Part shown: one piece after another, positions 59,529 through 64,000 of the stretch
Position numbering within the stretch: position 1 is the stretch's first letter
How the letters are laid out: each line of letters starts with the position of its first letter
Source of the DNA: Vicinamibacteria bacterium
Lineage (GTDB): Bacteria; Acidobacteriota; Vicinamibacteria; Fen-336
DNA: 64,000 nt
NCBI GenBank assembly: GCA_035577965.1
Contig: DATJYX010000078.1
Coordinates: 20,590-84,589 of the forward strand
Direction of reading: 5' to 3'
Made by a program: the position numbers and the translations under genes
The notes under the pieces: model-generated
Database searches by the model: none
What the model was told of the DNA's origin: nothing
Seen by the model: only the letters and a program-made list of their open reading frames with translations

Positions 59529-62500
59529 TCAGCCGGGCGGCCGCTCCGCGACCAGGACGTCGAGGCTCGTGGTCTCGCCGGGGAGGACGCGCGCGGTCGC
59601 GCTGCCGTAGGTCTTGGCGTCCCGCCCGGTGGCGATCCCGATCGAGCCCGCGGGAACGGCCAGCTCGAAGACCCCCGGCTGCTCCGTCGGCCGCCCGTCG
59701 CCCACGGGCAGCGACCAGAAGGCGATGCCGTCCCACGAGGTCACGCGCGGGAAGAGCCCCTTCACCGGTGCGCCGTCCGGGCCGACGACGCGGGCGAGGA
59801 TCGTGCCGCCGGGATGGAGGGCGAGGGTGACCGGGTCGCCGCCCGGCGTGACGCCCGCCCGCATCGCGAAGCCGGCGCTGCCCGAACCGCTGACGAGCGT
59901 GTACGGCTTTGAGTCGAGGTCGGTCAGGTGGAAGGAGCCGTCGGGCAGGACCCGCGCGTCGCCGCCGATGTAGCTCGTCACCTCCCCGTTGGAGTCGACC
60001 GCGTACACCCGGACGTCCGGCGCGGGCCGGCCGGAGACGTCCAGGACCCGGCCACGGATGTCGAGCCCGGCCTCCATCTCGAGGCGCACGTCGGAGAGGC
60101 CGCTCGAGCCGACGGTCACCGCGAGCGACGAGGGCCGGTGCCCGATGGCGCGCGCCTCGAGGACGTAGTCGCCCGGCTCGGTGGCGATCGAGAAGCGGCC
60201 GTCGGGGCCGCTCGTCCCGCCGCCTTTCGACTTCCCTTCGGGCCCGGGCTCGCGGAGCAGGACCTGCGCGTCGGCCACGGGCGCCGCCGACTCCTTGTCC
60301 ACGACGCCGCCGCTCACGCTCGCCTCGCCCACCTCGAAGTCCAGCTCGTAGCGCTCGACGTCGGGAATCTCGACGTCGCGGCCCGGGTAGCTCTGGTCCG
60401 GCGACTGCATCTGCACGTGGCTCGGGCCGGGTCCGAACGCCAGGAGCTCGTAGCCGCCGTCGTCCCGGGTCGTGGCGGTCAGCGGCGGCGGACCTTGAGG
60501 TGGCGGCAGGGCGGAGGAGGTCATGCCCATGAAGGAGGACACGGCGCCGAAGTCGTGGCTCACGACGCTCACGGCCACGCCGCCGAGGCCCTGTCCCCCG
60601 CGGGTGACTCGCCCTCCGACGACCACTTCCCTGGTGACCATGTCGATCGACGTCGTCTCGCCCTCGCGCACCTCGACCTCGCGGTTCGCGGCACCGGCGA
60701 GGATCGTCATCCCGGTCGAGCCGCCGACCTGCGGGTGCGAGGGCACGCGGGTCATCAGCACGACGGTCACCCGGCCCGCCGGGACGTGGTCGACCGTGAA
60801 CGAGCCGTCGGGCAACGTCGGCGTGGGCTCGCCCGTGAAGGCGCCCGCGCCACCGATCGGATAGAGCCATACGAGGCCGTCCTCGAACGGCCGGCCGTCA
60901 CGGTGCCGCGTGTGGCCCTCGATCCGCCCGCCGCGCGTGAGGACGATCCGCACCGGGGCGGGCTCCTTCTCGACGTCGACCTCGACCCCGCTCGCCCGGC
61001 CGCCCACGTAGGCGGGATGGCTCACGGTCACGTCGACACGCCCCGGCCTCACGCCCTGCACCTCGAACGTCCCCGAGGAGTCGGTCTCGGCCTTCGGGTC
61101 GTCGGAGTAGCGCACGCTCGCGTCGCGCACGACGAGGACAGTCGCGCCCGGGATGCCCTGCCCATCGCCGTCCACGACCGTGCCCGTGACCCTGCCGCTG
61201 CTGGTCAGCGTGACCGTCCCGATATCGGTCGTCCGTCCGGCCAGCACCTTCACGCTGGGGAGCGACACCTCTCCCGAGCCGCTCGCGCGCACGCGGAGGA
61301 CGTAAGTGGAGGGCGCCGCGTCGCGAATCGTGAAGCGGCCGTCACCCTCCTCGCCAGTGCTGCCCCAGACGAAGTGGTCGCCCATCGAGCCGGCCTCGGC
61401 GGACTCGCCGTGGACCCTCGCCCCCTCGACCGGCCGTCCGTCCGCGTCGACGACGCGCCCCACGATCGTGCCGCCGGCGTCCATGACGATCTCGACCGGC
61501 GCGGCCCCCGCCCTCGCGCTCGCCCGGGCGCGGGCGTAGCCGGCCGCCTCGGCCACGACGGCGTAGGCCCCGGCGGGAAGGCCCGAGAGCAGGAAAGCCC
61601 CGTCGGCTTCGCTCTCGGCGTCGGACGTGGCTCCTTGGCCCCCCCGCGGAGGCTCCGCGCGGACGAGCACCCCGGGAAGGCCCGTGCCCTCGCGGTCGCG
61701 CACGCGCCCGCGGATCGCGAAGCCCGCCTCGAGCACCACGTCGCGCAGGTCGGTCGACAGGCGCGAGCGGACCGTCGCCGGGACGCGCTCCGGCGCGTGG
61801 CCCCGGTGCGACGCGGCGAGGCCGATCGCACCTGCGGGCAGCGGGCCGAGGGCGAACGAGCCGTCCGCGCCCGACGTGCCGGCCATCGAGTCGCCGACGA
61901 GGGCCGGCAGGCCGCGTCCCTCGAACGTCTCCGGCCGCAGGCTCGCCCCGGAGATCGGATGCCCGGCTTCGTCCACGACGCGGCCGGTCACAAAGCCGCC
62001 GTCGCCGAGGGTCAGCTCGACGGCCGCGTCCTCGCGCGCCGTGACGGCGACCGTCGCGAGGCCCGGCGCCCGCGCGCCGGCGTGCGCCACCACGCAGTAC
62101 TCGCCGGGCGCGATGCCGGCGACGGTGAACCGGCCCGCGGCGTCGGTGGGCTCGGCCGGGGGCGGCGTCGACCAGCTCTCGCCGAAGACGCGGACCGAGG
62201 CCCCGGCCAACGGCTTGCCGGCCTCGTCCTTCGCCGTGCCGAAGAGCGTGGGGCCCGGGAAGAGGAAGAGCTCGACGCGCGAGCCGGCCTTTGCCGCGTC
62301 GCGGCGGGCCGGCCCGTAGCCGGGCGCGCGGGCGACGACGGCGACCGGCCGTCGGCCGAGGCCCTCCAGCCGGAAGGCCCCGCGGGCATCGGCCACGGCT
62401 TCGAGCCGCGTCAGCCGGTCCTCCCACTCGCGGGGCAAGGGAAGCCCCTCGTCGACGCCCACCCGCGCGCCCGCGATCGGCTTCTTGGTCGTCCCGTCGA

Positions 62501-62945
62501 GCACGACACCGGTGAGCGCGCCGCCCTTCTCGAGCCGCAGCGTCACCGCGGCCCCGCTCACACGGGGCTCCTCCCGCTCGGTGAAGCCGCGGGCATGGGC
62601 GGAGACCCTCCAGGGGCCTCGCGGCATGCGCTCGAGGCGAGCCCGGCCGTCCTTGCCCGTCACGGCCGACCGGACCTTCCCCGCCTGCAGGTTCATGCCG
62701 ACGTAGGCGCCGACGACCGGCTGGGCCGTCACGAAGGCCCCCTCGACCGGCTTCTCGGCCGGGTCGAGGACGGTCACGTCGAGGGTCGAGGACGGGGCGG
62801 GCGGAGCCGGTCGCGGGGCCGGCGTGTCCTTCGCGGCGGCCGACGCGTCGGGAGGCGGCTTCGGCGGCTCGCTGCCTCTCGCGGCGCCGGCCGCGACGAG
62901 CGCGATCATCGCGAGCCAGAAACGCCCGAGGAGGAAGAGCCGCAT
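59529..62945 (-). CDS. large secreted protein composed of about 12 tandem carboxypeptidase-regulatory-like (CarbopepD_reg/prealbumin-like) domains
   Basis: Repeated units of about 85 aa of the form G.V.D..G.P..GA.V......(T/A)DA.G.F.L..L..G.Y. A GGAGG SD lies 6 nt before ATG 62945 (MRLFLLG signal peptide). The track's upstream TTG (62996) lacks an SD. Confidence 0.75.
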   Translation of the reverse strand: MRLFLLGRFWLAMIALVAAGAARGSEPPKPPPDASAAAKDTPAPRPAPPAPSSTLDVTVLDPAEKPVEGAFVTAQPVVGAYVGMNLQAGKVRSAVTGKDGRARLERMPRGPWRVSAHARGFTEREEPRVSGAAVTLRLEKGGALTGVVLDGTTKKPIAGARVGVDEGLPLPREWEDRLTRLEAVADARGAFRLEGLGRRPVAVVARAPGYGPARRDAAKAGSRVELFLFPGPTLFGTAKDEAGKPLAGASVRVFGESWSTPPPAEPTDAAGRFTVAGIAPGEYCVVAHAGARAPGLATVAVTAREDAAVELTLGDGGFVTGRVVDEAGHPISGASLRPETFEGRGLPALVGDSMAGTSGADGSFALGPLPAGAIGLAASHRGHAPERVPATVRSRLSTDLRDVVLEAGFAIRGRVRDREGTGLPGVLVRAEPPRGGQGATSDAESEADGAFLLSGLPAGAYAVVAEAAGYARARASARAGAAPVEIVMDAGGTIVGRVVDADGRPVEGARVHGESAEAGSMGDHFVWGSTGEEGDGRFTIRDAAPSTYVLRVRASGSGEVSLPSVKVLAGRTTDIGTVTLTSSGRVTGTVVDGDGQGIPGATVLVVRDASVRYSDDPKAETDSSGTFEVQGVRPGRVDVTVSHPAYVGGRASGVEVDVEKEPAPVRIVLTRGGRIEGHTRHRDGRPFEDGLVWLYPIGGAGAFTGEPTPTLPDGSFTVDHVPAGRVTVVLMTRVPSHPQVGGSTGMTILAGAANREVEVREGETTSIDMVTREVVVGGRVTRGGQGLGGVAVSVVSHDFGAVSSFMGMTSSALPPPQGPPPLTATTRDDGGYELLAFGPGPSHVQMQSPDQSYPGRDVEIPDVERYELDFEVGEASVSGGVVDKESAAPVADAQVLLREPGPEGKSKGGGTSGPDGRFSIATEPGDYVLEARAIGHRPSSLAVTVGSSGLSDVRLEMEAGLDIRGRVLDVSGRPAPDVRVYAVDSNGEVTSYIGGDARVLPDGSFHLTDLDSKPYTLVSGSGSAGFAMRAGVTPGGDPVTLALHPGGTILARVVGPDGAPVKGLFPRVTSWDGIAFWSLPVGDGRPTEQPGVFELAVPAGSIGIATGRDAKTYGSATARVLPGETTSLDVLVAERPPG

Positions 62946-63009
62946 GCCGGCCTCCGGTTTGGAGGCGAGGATGGTCGCAGCCGAGCGGCGGGTCAATAGG
63001 CCGCGCGTC

Positions 63010-64000
63010 TCACGCCACGTACACCGTCTTGACGTTCACGAACTCCCGGATGCCGAACGGGCCGAGCTCGCGGCCGTAGCCGGACTCCTTGATCCCGCCG
63101 AAGGGCAGGCGGGGATCGGAGCGCACGAAGTCGTTCACGAAGCAGGAGCCGGCGGCGAGCTCGTGGCGGGCGATCCGCTCCCCGCGCTCGAGGTCCCGAG
63201 TGAAGACGGCGGCGCCGAGGCCGAAGACGGTGTGGTTGGCGAGGCGGATCGCGTCCTTTTCGTCCCGGGCCGCCACGACCGCGGCCACGGGGCCGAAGAG
63301 CTCCTCGTCGAAGGCGGGCATCCCGGGCTCGACGTCCGTGAGCACGCTCGGCGGGTAGAAGGCGCCGGGCCCGTCGGGGACGCGGCAGCCAAGGAGCAGC
63401 CGCGCGCCCTGGGCGACGCTCGTCTCGACCTGGCGGTGGAGCTCGTCGCGGAGGTCGCGCCGCGCCTGCGGGCCCACGGCCACGCCCTCCTCCACCGGGT
63501 CGCCCACGCGGCGGGCCCGCATCCGCTCGATCAGAAGCCCGGTGAAGCGCTCGAGGACCGTCTCGACGACGACGAACCGCTTGGCCGCGATGCAGCTCTG
63601 GCCGCCGTTGACGAGCCGGGCTGCGGCGCAGGTCTCGGCCGCCCGCTCGAGGTCGGCGTCCTCGAGGATCACGTAGGGATCGCTCCCGCCCAGCTCGAGG
63701 ACCGTCTTCTTGAGGCAGGCCCCGGCCTTCGCGGCCACTGCGCGCCCGGCGGGCGTGCTGCCGGTGAGGGTGACGGCCACGACCTCGGGCGCCTCGATCA
63801 GCGCGCCGACCCGCGCCGAGCCGACGAGCAGTGAGCGGAAGGCGTCGCGTGCGACGCCCGCGTCGTGCAGCAGCTCCTCGATCGCGAGGGCGCAGCCGGA
63901 GACGTTCGAGGCGTGCTTGAGGAGGCCCACGTTCCCGGCCATGAGCGCGGGGGCGGCGAAGCGGAAGACCTGCCAGAGGGGGAAGTTCCAGGGCATGACG
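63010..64000 (-). CDS. NAD(P)-dependent aldehyde dehydrogenase (succinate-semialdehyde dehydrogenase-like), C-terminal part; continues past window end
   Basis: Catalytic Cys region GQSCIAAKR, glutamate motif ELGG, and the C-terminal PFGGIKESGYGRE motif. The ORF is open at position 64000. Confidence 0.8.
   Translation of the reverse strand, partial: VMPWNFPLWQVFRFAAPALMAGNVGLLKHASNVSGCALAIEELLHDAGVARDAFRSLLVGSARVGALIEAPEVVAVTLTGSTPAGRAVAAKAGACLKKTVLELGGSDPYVILEDADLERAAETCAAARLVNGGQSCIAAKRFVVVETVLERFTGLLIERMRARRVGDPVEEGVAVGPQARRDLRDELHRQVETSVAQGARLLLGCRVPDGPGAFYPPSVLTDVEPGMPAFDEELFGPVAAVVAARDEKDAIRLANHTVFGLGAAVFTRDLERGERIARHELAAGSCFVNDFVRSDPRLPFGGIKESGYGRELGPFGIREFVNVKTVYVA

Overview
This is a 64 kb, very GC-rich (about 70%+ by eye), gene-dense chromosomal segment. 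It comes from a Gram-negative-type bacterium with outer-membrane proteins. The gene content points to an Acidobacteriota/Gemmatimonadota-like soil lineage: an FtsX/MacB-like orphan permease, a Ser/Thr kinase fused to a TolB-like propeller, and CarbopepD-repeat proteins. I could support about 49 protein-coding genes on both strands. I found no rRNA, tRNA, CRISPR array, transposase or integrase. The high GC generates many long spurious antisense ORFs in the six-frame track, and I rejected those.

Core metabolism is represented by an actinobacterial-type fused E2/E1 2-oxoglutarate dehydrogenase (Kgd/OdhA-like, 1237 aa) immediately followed by 2-oxoglutarate:ferredoxin oxidoreductase korAB. Also present are serA, a phosphohexomutase, family-B DNA polymerase II followed by an ankyrin-repeat protein, a molybdopterin oxidoreductase, M24 and M28 peptidases, and a cbiMN-cbiQ-cbiO ECF Ni/Co transporter.

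The most unusual locus is on the minus strand at 39.5-46.9 kb. An MBL-fold hydrolase is translationally coupled (GTGA overlap) to a single 744-aa fusion of a NifS-like cysteine desulfurase with selenophosphate synthetase SelD. Downstream lie a sigma70-like promoter overlapping the selD stop, a roughly 220-nt leader, a porin-like beta-barrel, and a ZnuA/ZnuB-like metal ABC importer with no ATPase gene.

Other notable items:
- An RRM glycine-rich RNA-binding protein that appears to start at a rare AUU codon behind a perfect AAGGAG SD.
- A tight five-gene plus-strand cluster (two-lobed GNAT-like N-acyltransferase, NAD-epimerase/dehydratase apparently starting at CTG inside a CTGA overlap, PAP2 membrane enzyme, M28 peptidase, GGCT-like). 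This resembles the enzyme classes of bacterial ceramide/phosphosphingolipid synthesis; that is a hypothesis only, and no Spt was seen.
- An orphan PilO-like / secretin-N(STN)-like / PilP-like fusion protein translationally linked to a PPOX-family flavoprotein.
- A recurrent leaderless-type promoter architecture with a TANNNT -10 (three times exactly TAGACT) 5-8 nt upstream of start codons.
- A 1155-aa secreted protein made of about 12 tandem carboxypeptidase-regulatory-like domains.

Coordinates of refined starts were derived by codon arithmetic from the supplied ORF track. Internal start choices are my inference.
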